This document shows, piece after piece, positions 22,001 through 31,553 of a stretch of DNA of 64,000 nt (the first letter of the stretch is position 1; each line of letters opens with the position of its first letter). The position numbers were made by a program, and so were the translations under genes. Location: IMG/VR virus record IMGVR_UViG_3300025674_000030, positions 8,647 through 72,646 of that record; one strand, written 5' to 3'. The DNA is from a virus. Under the pieces are notes generated by a model. It did not search any database. It was not told the DNA's origin and saw nothing but the letters and a program-made list of their open reading frames with translations.

Positions 22001-24929
22001 ACTATCACCCGGCGCCCTTTATTCAAGAAAGCATTGTGTTCCAACATATCGCTCGGTTGTTTCACCATCTGGTATTGAAATAAGTCAGACTGGCAGTGGG
22101 CACACGAACTTGACAGGAAGTTTGATTGAGATTTTTGGTGGTGAGGCGCTTTGGCAAGCAGGCAAGAAAGCCGGAATTGTTGACAACTCTACTGGAACCC
22201 CTTCTTTTTCACCTATCTCCTCCAATCCTTGGTTTAATGATTATGACGACTTCAAGGCAGAACTTAAGCCTATATCCAAAGATTACTCCATAGTTCCAGA
22301 ATTTAGAATCAGCGAGAAGGTGCCAACATACCTCAAGGTGGGCACCAACGGTGCGGGTATCATTGACGCCTTTGAGATTGTTGGGACAGCCAACAACAGT
22401 TCAGATGAAGATTTTTACAAAGATTACTCCAACTCTGAGTTTTTGAAAGATTTTGCTAATATTTCTGATATTACTAAAACAGATCTCAAAGAGCTAAGAC
22501 TCGTCTGCAAGGCGATAACAAGATTCAATCCATATAAGGGATTCTACCCAGCACAAAGAACCGTTGATATGGTTCAGCAGTTTGGAGTTTCTTACGAAAA
22601 CTCATTGTCTGCAAACGGCCAAGGCTCAGAGCCAAACTCTGGTAGGGATTTGATCGACAATAGTGGATCTTACTTGAGGCCGCTTTTGCAGCCACTGTTT
22701 GCTCCCGGCATCCTATACAACACAATTAAGTCTGGTATCTCTGTTGACTTCCCTGTTCTAACTACTCCCAAGAAAAGAGTGGTTGAATACACGAGTGGAA
22801 GCCAGCCTATCTACCTATTGAACACATTGTCTCCAGAAGAGGGCCCCGGCTTATCTGGCGAGGAAAGGTGGTCTAGTGGTAAGTTTTGGGACAAAAGACT
22901 TCCCTTTGAGACCATTATAGACCCAGATAGACACATGGCTAATCTTCAGTTCTTTGATATGGAGCCACACCCAACAGTAAGCCTCGACGTAACTGCGTCG
23001 TTCGCAGCCCCCACAAATGATCCAACATTTAAGAAAATGTCTAACAACTTCTTTGCTGAAGTTGCTGATTTCTTCTTAAAGGATTCTGAATACACAACCC
23101 TTAAGTCAGGAATAGTTGAGGGAGAGTTTACTTTTGAAAGCGGCTCTGTTTATGGTGCAAGATTGAAGATTCGACGTTCCACAAAGGGCGACAGAACCTA
23201 CGTGTATGATTATGATGCAAAGGGGGTTACTGGATCCTCAAATAGCAGCTACTTTGGCACCAATGGTTTGAGAGTACAAGACCTATCTGGTAACTTGGGC
23301 ACAAGCTCCATACAGGTTCCCCAAGATCCAAAAGAAAACTCCAACTTTAAAGAAACCTTTACAATGTATTCAAGACCGACAGCCTTTGGTCCTGCCTGCC
23401 TAGGTCGCGAATCTGATAACTTTACAGAAAACAGCGGTGCCATAGACAGCCTAACAGGGTATAACTGGGCTTTCACACCTCCTTATTACCACGGTGAATC
23501 TTGGGCAGACTTGGTTTTCTACCCCGATCACACCAAAAAATACACCCTTGAAGAGATACTTTCTGAAATGAAAGTAAACTACCTAAGAGTAGACACGGGA
23601 TACGAGCACGATTCTATTGTTTATGGTAGTGGCACCGCTGCAACCTCCATCTATGGCTCTCATAATGTTAATGAAAACTCAATGCAACTAGACTCTGTTC
23701 TAAACTTGTTTGGTATTGAAAACATACCATTTGAGGAGATTGAACAAGAGACTAACCTCAAGACACAAAGAAACACTACAGTTGCACAAAGATGGGTTAT
23801 TCAGCCAAAGGCTGAGACACCAATGATGAACTTTAATGATGAAGGGGTAAACCCAATCAACAGCGCAAGCTACAGCCTTGAACCAGTTTATGGCAGCGCT
23901 TCTGTTCCTCGTGGAATGTGGCACCAGTTTGGAAACATTCCAGAAGATTCTACTAAGGGTATTTTCTTAGAAATCGGTGACATACCTTCAAACTGGCTAC
24001 AGTTCCACCAACTAACTGTTGGACAGGATTCAATTTACAACAACCAAGACTCTGGCTCAAATGGCCCAGACCTCTTTAGAAAGATGCTGTCCCTAACTGA
24101 CCTACTTGGGTTTGATAACTCTTCAACAAGATTGGGAGAACTCAAGGAATCTCAAACCATTCGAGAGGCTATCGTTGCAGTACCTTACATCACTTTGTCA
24201 AATGGAAACTGTAACGACACAAATAACCAAGCTTCTGATTCTATGCAAAAGCAGTTCTTCTCAATCCCAAGAGAAAGAATAAAGGCGGCTATGAATGTTG
24301 GTTCAGCAAGGGGTGATGCTGAGTCTTCAGCAGGAGATTCGATCAGAGATCTAGTCTCTAATGTAAAGAGATATGTTCTACCACCAGAGTTCGATTTTGT
24401 TGCAGATTCACAAAAAGAGCCACTAGTGATGTACTTCTTTGAGTTTGAGTACAAGCTTGATAAGGATGATCTTTCATATATTTGGCAAAACCTTGCACCA
24501 AGAGACTATAAGAAGATGCAAGAAAAGATACAATACTCTGCACACAATCTTGCTGAAAACGAACTTCTACAGCCAGAAGACATCATCGAAAATAAAAACC
24601 TACGCTGGATGGTGTTCAAAGTTAAGCAGCGCGGTATGGCCAAGTACGAGGATAAAATTTATCGTCAGGCAGGAACCAACGGGACCACCGAGCAAAGCTC
24701 TGGCTACAAGGTTGAATACAACTGGCCATACGATTATGTATCATTTGTCGAGATGATCAACATAGATGTGGAAACTTTGATGGATAATGAGGCTGCGATG
24801 ACCTCCACCAAGGTCAATGCTGCCTCAACAAAAATCCCAGACTCTGTTGGCAGAGACAAGGTTACACAAGCCGTAGAGGACAATATTGTTGAGAAAACAC
24901 TAAATATGATAGATGGGTTGGTTGAATAG
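16044..24929 (+). CDS. Giant virion protein (2961 aa) with LamG/concanavalin-like domains
   Basis: TVEFWLK, WKHYAVSF, KLYVNG, FSGSMDEFRFWKTER, YYKFNEG; second degenerate LamG near residues 700-880. Confidence 0.75.
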   Translation: MSIKDLFDKKRNDLPQTTNQEMLDNVESTNNLIQKSELRETFVPQIDYSEPENFTKFGSAHLYYKSAIERIYDYFPYDGSEAEINAFTNQSLPHERYIFDNLYPRTNGYANFDGSSYINLKGGPNATSYTTLGGLFRDAGSTKRSQANLYETNVYQTDNKPSDYGSGTRESNLKCDFQTGVTVEFWLKAPAPSSNTKQTIFHLTNSSGGDALTIFLSGTTGSPFHVSIDDSATSVFSNQQLGSAPTTSSIEDWKHYAVSFKSASAGVETKLYVNGVLDSTNTLGSTGINTLTQKGTIAYIASGSVGYFSGSMDEFRFWKTERNAFQIGTNYFTQVRGGANTDTANSTLGVYYKFNEGTTGDSALDEIVLDYAGRITNGTWNGTVSRTLESAIVEAGAAATEYQDPIIYDSHPSVVSLKSDLESKGTFYDSNNPTKFINYFPSWVIEESENDDKSQLEMVSHIIGTYFDKLYLQIQSVTQFKQPLYTSASYKPLPFARNLPQSLGLYTPEIFIDSDIINTVANKTEAFNFEGDLEDTKNLIYLNLYNNLSSIFKSKGTEKSIKGVLRCFYIDDQVIKLNTYSNKARYELRNNLEQTTKLNKYINFNKRSGTGAVIFQKQDPADTTNTIGYISGSESEGYEFAYGATVEADVTFPYFKNSIDVIDRDFNEVSLFGVVSASVDAPDDTTFFGTDNTNFQIFAVRDHKKSKNAYFKLTSSISPNPFPEITSSVFFDVYNNQDWNLSVSVVPSKSGSLKYVTGSGDYSYTLKFEGYNTLLGDVRDSFSIEETLTKTQGENFLKSAKRVYAGAYRQNLTGSLINESDVLVSGVRYWLRSIDFDSKKQHALDFDNVGRTDSYQNLSVLDSQTKNLDVLNKDTLALSWEFGNLTGSDSGGNFYITDYSSGSALVRDNYGWVGSISGYQHSGYGYGFATSSADAIEEKRLNVFKFVDPERTISSDMITLVDDALELYGVPEDVVSYHHTLEKSMYSAISDEMLKFFAGAADFNNLIGDPVNRYRMDYKALEKLRQAFFLRVENVKEVERYIDYYKWFDDSLGDIIKQLIPASAVVSENIFDVVESHVLERNKYQSKFPTIEFRTADPESPALGIREKTYDWEHAHHPASNSQRENSEYWQKRANRENSDVISSGDSAIDEQRDGIIETADKYNNQPAPTVSQPDRQTYSGQTYVLRKLSRPYKLNIDRRTYEPRIIKGGTNFEVNKNFEYHRVALHPAGPVNNDDGVFVPKNVLLGFTEDLVQLEDTIDPPKDPRILVKRNIKVQSGRDWEDGIGYKNNKSDIIFPFNIISSSINTGYNKEVVERVTASVEVVNIHNDVYGEDMERPMQGPFTDYAVGGLQYRHIGLNDGNDNYLNRPEGWKLALGLCAGVTGAIGMIGPDYPYPEANAVNENPYPMTGAQKAHLYRDMVAKRPVNIRNIHHTTGSTILGNYNHNYDVVQAGSAFSNPRQFVEKQPSLPANTFSSNARYATSVRTLLDINRNSGGHNDINGDYSVEYLLSASGDSVFTTRFSAPGGIEVMTKGYQDFRSSTYSVYNALNARNQTVRRSFQGVSSSIVSETSGIRNFDHTGRDFGLTNLAARHSARFFRDSTLESNPGASYNEAPSFHRVHRNNKVFAVFESDNTKQSFDNLNVQHQIPRSDRQYSWITSSIIHRDVNDPRYSGFMNTDVNEPPADAPYYVITGAYIPFFEYVSASDPGSAIYQNTTRLNLLVTDATGSEQNVLGSQNVQITSLTTLPEHRRLNALLIRRGDLYGWNWNKVRQQDHPILRIEKQQNKISAYSNNQIVSYDMRPVNQSGRPVMLNIYKTTQTNVGGVPTQASSSITLRATYNNLKQGFNDVDYQNVSGLRLSNRRTSLEDFVDMVTSSPEYSLNWVKYSENIFPSQRNAFDVSKTLRDGYDNKYWRDQATDREKLGNTLENSFGVSLSQSSWILDAPPDFYTRATIPSSADLKTKAAGELQNTYFSYHNSGAPAANTLSPGALYSRKHCVPTYRSVVSPSGIEISQTGSGHTNLTGSLIEIFGGEALWQAGKKAGIVDNSTGTPSFSPISSNPWFNDYDDFKAELKPISKDYSIVPEFRISEKVPTYLKVGTNGAGIIDAFEIVGTANNSSDEDFYKDYSNSEFLKDFANISDITKTDLKELRLVCKAITRFNPYKGFYPAQRTVDMVQQFGVSYENSLSANGQGSEPNSGRDLIDNSGSYLRPLLQPLFAPGILYNTIKSGISVDFPVLTTPKKRVVEYTSGSQPIYLLNTLSPEEGPGLSGEERWSSGKFWDKRLPFETIIDPDRHMANLQFFDMEPHPTVSLDVTASFAAPTNDPTFKKMSNNFFAEVADFFLKDSEYTTLKSGIVEGEFTFESGSVYGARLKIRRSTKGDRTYVYDYDAKGVTGSSNSSYFGTNGLRVQDLSGNLGTSSIQVPQDPKENSNFKETFTMYSRPTAFGPACLGRESDNFTENSGAIDSLTGYNWAFTPPYYHGESWADLVFYPDHTKKYTLEEILSEMKVNYLRVDTGYEHDSIVYGSGTAATSIYGSHNVNENSMQLDSVLNLFGIENIPFEEIEQETNLKTQRNTTVAQRWVIQPKAETPMMNFNDEGVNPINSASYSLEPVYGSASVPRGMWHQFGNIPEDSTKGIFLEIGDIPSNWLQFHQLTVGQDSIYNNQDSGSNGPDLFRKMLSLTDLLGFDNSSTRLGELKESQTIREAIVAVPYITLSNGNCNDTNNQASDSMQKQFFSIPRERIKAAMNVGSARGDAESSAGDSIRDLVSNVKRYVLPPEFDFVADSQKEPLVMYFFEFEYKLDKDDLSYIWQNLAPRDYKKMQEKIQYSAHNLAENELLQPEDIIENKNLRWMVFKVKQRGMAKYEDKIYRQAGTNGTTEQSSGYKVEYNWPYDYVSFVEMINIDVETLMDNEAAMTSTKVNAASTKIPDSVGRDKVTQAVEDNIVEKTLNMIDGLVE

Positions 24930-24931
24930 TA

Positions 24932-25933
24932 ATGGCGAAATTTATAGATAAAAAAGAACGAGTAATAGATTTCAAGCTAACTAGCTATGGAAATTATCTG
25001 CTATCTATTGGCAACTTCAAGCCAACCTATTATTCTTTTTTAGATGATAACGTAGTATACGACTCAGAGTATTTCGGCAGAACGGGCGAGAAACAGAATG
25101 ATATCCAAAAAAGAATCAAAGAAGATACTCAGTATCTTGAATCTCTGGTTTTGTTTGAAGAGATAGGTAAAAACACCCTACCCGCTACGGAGATGAACTT
25201 CTTCCAATCAGATGTTACCCCACAACAAAAAACAACAAGAATAGATGAGTTCAGGCTTAACTCAATTATTGGTGATTCTTTTGTTGCAGAAGACAAACAA
25301 AAAGTTCCATCTTGGAAGGTTGTGTCCCTAAGATCTGATATATCGTCATCTACTGCTATTGATGGAGTTAACGGCACCCAAATCCCACAAATAAACATCA
25401 CAGCAAGCTACTTTAAAAAAATAGCAGAGGTTGCCGAATATAACGAAAGAATCCTCAACACATCCATCGCTCCAGATCTAGAATCTGTTAGCGAAGTTTT
25501 TGCAGATGGTAAAGTGATTTACTTGGAAATGAGCGAACCAGTTATTTATGTTGAAGAAGCAAACACCGAAATCTTAAATCAAAATTTTGATATTGAAGTT
25601 TTTGAGGTTCAAGATGGTACCGCAGCAAGTGGTGAAAAATTGATAAGAAAATACTTCCAAGATAAGCAGGAGCAAATTGTTGATGATTATATGGTCGCTG
25701 CCAATCCAGTAACAAACCCAGAAGATCTGATAACCGACGACGCCATAGAGAAGTTTTTTTCTGTGCTTGTTGACGGCGAGATAGATGAAAAAACTGCTTG
25801 CAAGCTTGCTTCTGTCTTTAACAAAGAAAGCTTTTTGATTGATTTAGACTTTGATTGTGACAAGGTTGTACAAGAAGATCTATTTTATGATATTTATGGT
25901 AGTGAAACAGAGGCCGAGATATGTCAAACATAG
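24932..25933 (+). CDS. Putative virion structural protein
   Basis: N-terminus (ERVIDFKLTSYGNYLLSIGNFKPTYYSFLDDNVVYD) resembles that of 31554..32573. Confidence 0.6.
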   Translation: MAKFIDKKERVIDFKLTSYGNYLLSIGNFKPTYYSFLDDNVVYDSEYFGRTGEKQNDIQKRIKEDTQYLESLVLFEEIGKNTLPATEMNFFQSDVTPQQKTTRIDEFRLNSIIGDSFVAEDKQKVPSWKVVSLRSDISSSTAIDGVNGTQIPQINITASYFKKIAEVAEYNERILNTSIAPDLESVSEVFADGKVIYLEMSEPVIYVEEANTEILNQNFDIEVFEVQDGTAASGEKLIRKYFQDKQEQIVDDYMVAANPVTNPEDLITDDAIEKFFSVLVDGEIDEKTACKLASVFNKESFLIDLDFDCDKVVQEDLFYDIYGSETEAEICQT

Positions 25934-28143
25934 TGCTAAAGGGAGATGTACTACAGAACATAGGAGAGTTTTTGCCCAATGTTTATATCGAAAGCATTGA
26001 GGTAACTACAGATTCTACAAGAAATAGAAGTACAACATTTGCTCTCGACATATATTTCTCAGTTCTTTTTTTGATTTCTGATGAATATGATGTCTCCGAT
26101 ATTAAGAGGCAGATTGAAGATGTAAACTTTTATTGTAGTTTCAAAAATACCTTTTATACCAAATCTGGCCTACTTGATACTGACACCGAGCCTATAGACT
26201 TGTTGAGTGGTGTTGAGCTTTCTAGCTTGCTAGATAACAAAGCAAACTATCAAGATGATTTGTATGATGAAGAGGGTAGAAGAGTTTTAAAAGTTAGCGC
26301 GAACAGGATTATTAATAGGGAACTGCCTCCAGAATTTGAGCTTTATCTATACACCTTTTCATCATTGCTAAACAAGGCACAATATAAATATACTCTTTCT
26401 GGTGCCGATGTACCCGTTCTATATTTCAATACAAGCAATGTGTCTTATGAAAAAATCTTTTCTTCTGGCTACAAGATTCTTAAAGAAGAACAAGTTATCT
26501 ATCTTGATACAGCGGGCCAGAAATATGGACAAGTGCCCCTGCTGGGGCTTGACCGAAACTATTATAAAACTTCAACAGTGACAAGAGAGGATATTATCTC
26601 AAGCGTTAATGCATTATTGCGACGCTTTAGCGCAAGAAGCACAAGCGTCTTGTCTGATTTAGTAGATTCAATCAAGTATGTTTTACGCACCGAGTCCGAT
26701 ACAGAAAACTTACTGGTCGAACTCGACAAGGTTAGAAAGTCTTTTCCCAACAAAACCAACAACAATCCTGTTGGCAACTTATACGCCGCATATTCTAAAC
26801 TTTTGCAAAACTTTAACTCATCTTTCCCTCGCGTAGATATTGTTACAAAAGATAGATATATGACTGGCAAAGTTATTGATAAAAGGAATCCTCGCGGCAC
26901 AGAGCTTACTCCGATCGCAACAAGAAGCTCCGTTGACGCCATACCCGCAGATTTGGTTTTTGTGCATAGAGAGCGCCCGGTCGATCAGTTTGGTGGATCA
27001 ATAGGCGCCTTCAATGAGGGCATGTTTTTTGTTCGTTTCGAGGAAATACTAAAGAATGAAACAAACATAAGCGTTCTGTTAGATACAGAAAGGTTGTACC
27101 AAGTTTTTGCAAATCGAAACTTGAATTCCTTAAGAAGAATATTGTTCTCTTATCTACCAATGAGCAGGATTTCAATAACAAAATCGCATGATTATGATGG
27201 GTCTTCTACAGAGCAAACCCAGCACCTTGATTTTTCCTTTCCAGAAAGAAAGCCATCTTATAGTCTTGATTCGGGCGATTCAACAGTTCAATCATTACCG
27301 CTTTTTGATATAGAACAGGGTATAGAAGAATACAACTTTGGCTTTACTGCCCCTCTTGAAAAGCTACTCTGCTTTAGATTTTTAGATATTGATAATTTTG
27401 ATGATGCTTATGATGCAATACAAATCGAAAATGTCGGATCTGTGGTATTTACTTATGTTTTTGAAGCTCAGATGGCGGATAGGACGCACGATTTTGCTAT
27501 ATTTTTATACAACAAATATAGAGAGATATACGACAACTTTATATCCTATGTGGACATGGCAAACGAAATCTGTAGTTACAATAACATAGAAAATAGATTT
27601 AATGATTTTTTTGTAAATTCAATCAGTGAACAATACCCAGATGATATGTATCCTTGGGAAATAGCTCCCACATTTTACTCCATGATGGCTTACCTATTAT
27701 CAGACACAACGTTTGAAACACTTTCAGAAGCAATGGAATATTCCAAGAACATAAGTGCCGTTGTCTCCCCGGAAAGTGGAAACCTAAGTTCTTTAGAGCA
27801 GTTTAGAGCAGTGCTCGATGAGTTTATGATAACAATGGACTCTTTTTTGAGCAGAGCCAATACTTTCAGTGCAGTTCAAATATTTAGAGAACTTCAAAAA
27901 GAAGTTTATTTAACACCGCTTGGCTATCGTGGCTCGGCAGCAATAGACACTTTGCCCGATGAGGCTGAAGATGATTCTGGTGGCATTATCGCTGGCGGTC
28001 TGGGCGGCGGCGTCCTCCGCATCGGGCAGCGCCTGACAACAGTAGATACAAATGTAGAATCTACAGCCGAAGAACAGCAAATTGGCGATGGTCGTAGATC
28101 CCCCCAGACCGGAGGCTCAGGAGACATACCATCTGAAGTTTAA
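25921..28143 (+). CDS. Hypothetical protein, probably structural
   Basis: 740-aa ORF; LPNVYIESIEV N-terminus. Confidence 0.6.
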   Translation: MSNIVLKGDVLQNIGEFLPNVYIESIEVTTDSTRNRSTTFALDIYFSVLFLISDEYDVSDIKRQIEDVNFYCSFKNTFYTKSGLLDTDTEPIDLLSGVELSSLLDNKANYQDDLYDEEGRRVLKVSANRIINRELPPEFELYLYTFSSLLNKAQYKYTLSGADVPVLYFNTSNVSYEKIFSSGYKILKEEQVIYLDTAGQKYGQVPLLGLDRNYYKTSTVTREDIISSVNALLRRFSARSTSVLSDLVDSIKYVLRTESDTENLLVELDKVRKSFPNKTNNNPVGNLYAAYSKLLQNFNSSFPRVDIVTKDRYMTGKVIDKRNPRGTELTPIATRSSVDAIPADLVFVHRERPVDQFGGSIGAFNEGMFFVRFEEILKNETNISVLLDTERLYQVFANRNLNSLRRILFSYLPMSRISITKSHDYDGSSTEQTQHLDFSFPERKPSYSLDSGDSTVQSLPLFDIEQGIEEYNFGFTAPLEKLLCFRFLDIDNFDDAYDAIQIENVGSVVFTYVFEAQMADRTHDFAIFLYNKYREIYDNFISYVDMANEICSYNNIENRFNDFFVNSISEQYPDDMYPWEIAPTFYSMMAYLLSDTTFETLSEAMEYSKNISAVVSPESGNLSSLEQFRAVLDEFMITMDSFLSRANTFSAVQIFRELQKEVYLTPLGYRGSAAIDTLPDEAEDDSGGIIAGGLGGGVLRIGQRLTTVDTNVESTAEEQQIGDGRRSPQTGGSGDIPSEV

Positions 28144-28168
28144 GGACTTTTAGTTAGGAAAAACAACA

Positions 28169-28657
28169 ATGACAACAATAGACACAGATAGGCTCATAAG
28201 TAGATTTGAAAATTTGGATACCAGAACTGAAATGGGGGCAGTAGCCGCAGAAGCTAGGGAGTTTTTCGACAAGCTTGATGTATTGGCGAGCATTACCGGT
28301 TCAGTAGGGGAGCCTGTTTTTGTTGAAATAGCAGTGGAGGAGTCGGATAATTTAGTAGTTGATTCGCTAAATTCCACAAACAGTGTGATTGTCATTAGAG
28401 AAGAGACTCCATCTTTTCCTCCTATCGAGTCCTACGATTATGTTACCAACAAGTCAAGTGAAGAGATTCAAAAAGATTTGGAGAGTATTTATAGTACCAT
28501 GGGTGATGAAATGATAAATGACCTTTTTAATACTATGATCAGAGACATCTCAAAAGACGCAACTGCGCCAGCAAGTTCTACAACTTTTACCTATGATTTC
28601 AAGTTTTGTCAAAACAGAAATGCTTCAATAACCGGATCCGTTGGTGGGGGGTACTGA
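28169..28657 (+). CDS. Hypothetical protein
   Basis: 162-aa ORF with AGGA SD. Confidence 0.6.
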   Translation: MTTIDTDRLISRFENLDTRTEMGAVAAEAREFFDKLDVLASITGSVGEPVFVEIAVEESDNLVVDSLNSTNSVIVIREETPSFPPIESYDYVTNKSSEEIQKDLESIYSTMGDEMINDLFNTMIRDISKDATAPASSTTFTYDFKFCQNRNASITGSVGGGY

Positions 28658-28658
28658 T

Positions 28659-29192
28659 ATGGCTACAACCAACAACAGGCTTCGACCAAGAAGAGCATAT
28701 AAGAGGCCAGTAAATAAATCTTCCGCAGATATCCCGGTAACCAGCACAATCTATAATGTAATGGACAACTCGCGCAGGCTATCAGATCAAAAAATCATAA
28801 CTAAAACATCTGGAGATGGGGAGCCGATACAAGACTCACTTGCTGTTTTAAGCGCTTTTGGTATGACTGTCGTAGAGGAGCCAAAAAACGTTGAGTCTTC
28901 GTTATTATCTGATGCTTTTATAGATTCTCGAAAACTTGAAACCCTACAGAAAACTCAAGATACCAACCCCAACAGATTGCAACAAAAGAAGTTTAAAAAC
29001 CTAAAGAACAAAAAAGTACCTATTTCTGATGTTTTCAATCAAGCGGCCCCAAACCCAATAAACGATCTGGATACTTGTCAAGCAAATGAGTATAATATAT
29101 CCCCAAAACCATCTTTCAATGTTATTGAAATAACAAATGATTTCATCAACTTTTCTCCCCTCCCCTTATCCACCAGAATTAAAACAAAATGA
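28659..29192 (+). CDS. Hypothetical protein
   Basis: Likely ATG at 28659 (MATTNN), directly after the previous stop. Confidence 0.55.
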   Translation: MATTNNRLRPRRAYKRPVNKSSADIPVTSTIYNVMDNSRRLSDQKIITKTSGDGEPIQDSLAVLSAFGMTVVEEPKNVESSLLSDAFIDSRKLETLQKTQDTNPNRLQQKKFKNLKNKKVPISDVFNQAAPNPINDLDTCQANEYNISPKPSFNVIEITNDFINFSPLPLSTRIKTK

Positions 29193-31510
29193 CTAGTAAA
29201 AGATTGACAATCGCTGACCCACAACTACTATCTGGAAGTGGTGATATCACTCGCGATGCCCTTGGTCTTTCCGTAGACGGTGGCATCATATCTGACTTAA
29301 TCCAAGAATACGATTATTCAGAGGCCACGGAGGATGAAGACGAAATAAAGAAAAAGTACATATACAGCATGAGGCTTGTTGGTTCTGAGCAGATATTGAA
29401 CGATAAGCAATGGTTGTCTTATGTTAGCGGAGGAGAGTATTCAGATGCTTCTTATCCGGGTATCTTTGCCGATCTAACATTCTTTGACCACCACCACAAT
29501 GAGAACATCCCTTATACAGAAAAAGAGGTAAGAGAGAACGGAACTTACAGTACACAAAGCCCCACGTTTGTTTCTTGCAAGCCACAGGTTAATAACTACT
29601 TTAGGTTGTACGAAGAATCAATACGCAACTTGTCTGACGTTAAAGTTTTGCCAAATGGCTACAAGTTACTACACAGTGGTAGCATGATAACTGAGCAGTT
29701 TAAGCTTGGCTCTGTGCAGGTTGAGCAAACTGCCTCCCTCTTGGAAAACATATTTGTAACCAGTGAAGATGTTTATGATGAGATCCAAACAATAAACAAC
29801 AAGTCAGATTTGTTGCCATATTATGTAAGAACTTCTTTTGATTTTGAATCAACAGGGCAATTCATTCATGCAGTAGAAGAAAACAATTTTGAGTATAGAT
29901 TTATAAAGGTTCTAAAAGATTCATTTTTGTCCCAAGATGGCGCTACCGCTCCCTTGGATGTTACGTTCACAGTGCAGGCTCAGGCTATCGACAGCAGTAG
30001 GGAACTAAACAGCGCAACAAGCAATGTAGGGCTTAAAGTAACAGACGTTTTCGATATGTTAAGCTACTCCCTTTCCGACTACAACACCGAGAACAGCAAT
30101 TTTGATTATCTTTATGACAACTCAGAGGCGACCACTTCTCAGTATAATAACAACTCGGTTAGAAGATTTGAAAAAACTTTGCCAACAATTAAGCAAACCA
30201 ACTCTTTGCTTAGCTTGTTAAATGGGCCCATTTTCAAGAATACGTTTTTTGATTCTCCGCTGGAATCCCAAGAAAAATACAACGAAGTTGTGGCTTATAG
30301 AATAGAGAAGATAGGTGGCCAAGTATCTGGTGACTCACTTACTCAAAATACACTACAAAACTTTTGGTTTTTAAATACAGATGGGGTAGAGAGGTTTGAC
30401 TTTATAGATAATCAAGTATTCTTTAATCAAGATTACACGTACAGAATCTATAAATATGTGCTAGTGGCGGGTATAGAATACAGTTACTCAGATCTTGCAG
30501 TTACAAGAACAATAGCCGATTTAGATAGTGATGGTATAACTGATTCTGCGGGCTGGTGTCTTGAGTTTTTTGATCCAGCAACCGGCGATTCTTCCGCACC
30601 GGTATTTGATGATGGCACTGGTGGAGTGGAGAACATAACCAATACGCTATCCAGTGATGCGCAAGTTCAATCACAAAACAAATACCTTGCTGATTTCAGA
30701 CTTACTGTCAGGCCATCTGTAAAGATAGTCGAAGTTCCTATTATGACCAAAGAGGTTTCAATAGTTGACTCGTTCCCCAACTCTGTCCAAATAAGGCCAA
30801 CCTTTTTGCTGGACAACTCCAACACATTGCAATTTTTTGTTCGGTATGATACTAAGGTTCCCGCGCTTTTCCCGACACCTGTAACAACAGCAGACGCAGA
30901 TTATAAGCAAAGGTTCATGAACTCTTATGATTTAATAGAGAGCGATCTGGTTACGGGTGAATCTGGAACCCTACCATTGACCCTTGAAGTTTATAGACTT
31001 AAGGAGATGCCACGGTCTGTGGCGGACTTTGACGGAAGCTTACTAATGTCGAAGAGTATGAAAGTATTGAATCATGATGCTACTTATTCTGCGACTGTTT
31101 GTTTCGATAAGGTCACACCAAACACCAAGTATTACTACATGTTTAGGATTGTGAACGAAGCTGGCAATGCCGGCCTAAATTCCAATATAATAGAAGCAGA
31201 GCTAGTTAGTGATGGTGGCTACAAGTTTGCTAACTTTGAATCTTATTTTGAAAACGAACTCAAAGAGAGAGCTTTATCGAGAACACTAAAAGGATTTAAA
31301 AAGTTAATAGGGATTAGTCCTACTATTGAAAACCTCATTGTTGATGATTCTATGGTTGATTATTCTGACCTAGCTAAAAACCAAATCAATAATATAACTT
31401 TTGGCCAAAGCGACAATCCAGTGTGGGAAAAAAAGTTTAAAATTCGACTTACATCGAAAAAAACAGGCAAGAAGATAGATATAAACATAACACACAAACT
31501 CGTTGGTTAA
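29189..31510 (+). CDS. Putative virion structural protein with Fn3-like segments
   Basis: 773 aa; YRIEK..., FDFIDNQV..QDYTYRI, VTPNTKYYYMFR. Confidence 0.6.
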   Translation: MTSKRLTIADPQLLSGSGDITRDALGLSVDGGIISDLIQEYDYSEATEDEDEIKKKYIYSMRLVGSEQILNDKQWLSYVSGGEYSDASYPGIFADLTFFDHHHNENIPYTEKEVRENGTYSTQSPTFVSCKPQVNNYFRLYEESIRNLSDVKVLPNGYKLLHSGSMITEQFKLGSVQVEQTASLLENIFVTSEDVYDEIQTINNKSDLLPYYVRTSFDFESTGQFIHAVEENNFEYRFIKVLKDSFLSQDGATAPLDVTFTVQAQAIDSSRELNSATSNVGLKVTDVFDMLSYSLSDYNTENSNFDYLYDNSEATTSQYNNNSVRRFEKTLPTIKQTNSLLSLLNGPIFKNTFFDSPLESQEKYNEVVAYRIEKIGGQVSGDSLTQNTLQNFWFLNTDGVERFDFIDNQVFFNQDYTYRIYKYVLVAGIEYSYSDLAVTRTIADLDSDGITDSAGWCLEFFDPATGDSSAPVFDDGTGGVENITNTLSSDAQVQSQNKYLADFRLTVRPSVKIVEVPIMTKEVSIVDSFPNSVQIRPTFLLDNSNTLQFFVRYDTKVPALFPTPVTTADADYKQRFMNSYDLIESDLVTGESGTLPLTLEVYRLKEMPRSVADFDGSLLMSKSMKVLNHDATYSATVCFDKVTPNTKYYYMFRIVNEAGNAGLNSNIIEAELVSDGGYKFANFESYFENELKERALSRTLKGFKKLIGISPTIENLIVDDSMVDYSDLAKNQINNITFGQSDNPVWEKKFKIRLTSKKTGKKIDINITHKLVG

Positions 31511-31524
31511 TAAAAGGCAAACCA

Positions 31525-31533
31525 ACTATTTAT
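31525..31533 (+). promoter_or_regulatory. Candidate late promoter ACTATTTAT
   Basis: Intergenic, about 20 nt upstream of the 31554 start and its GAGG SD. Confidence 0.6.
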
Positions 31534-31553
31534 TTTGAAAAAGAGGAAATAAT

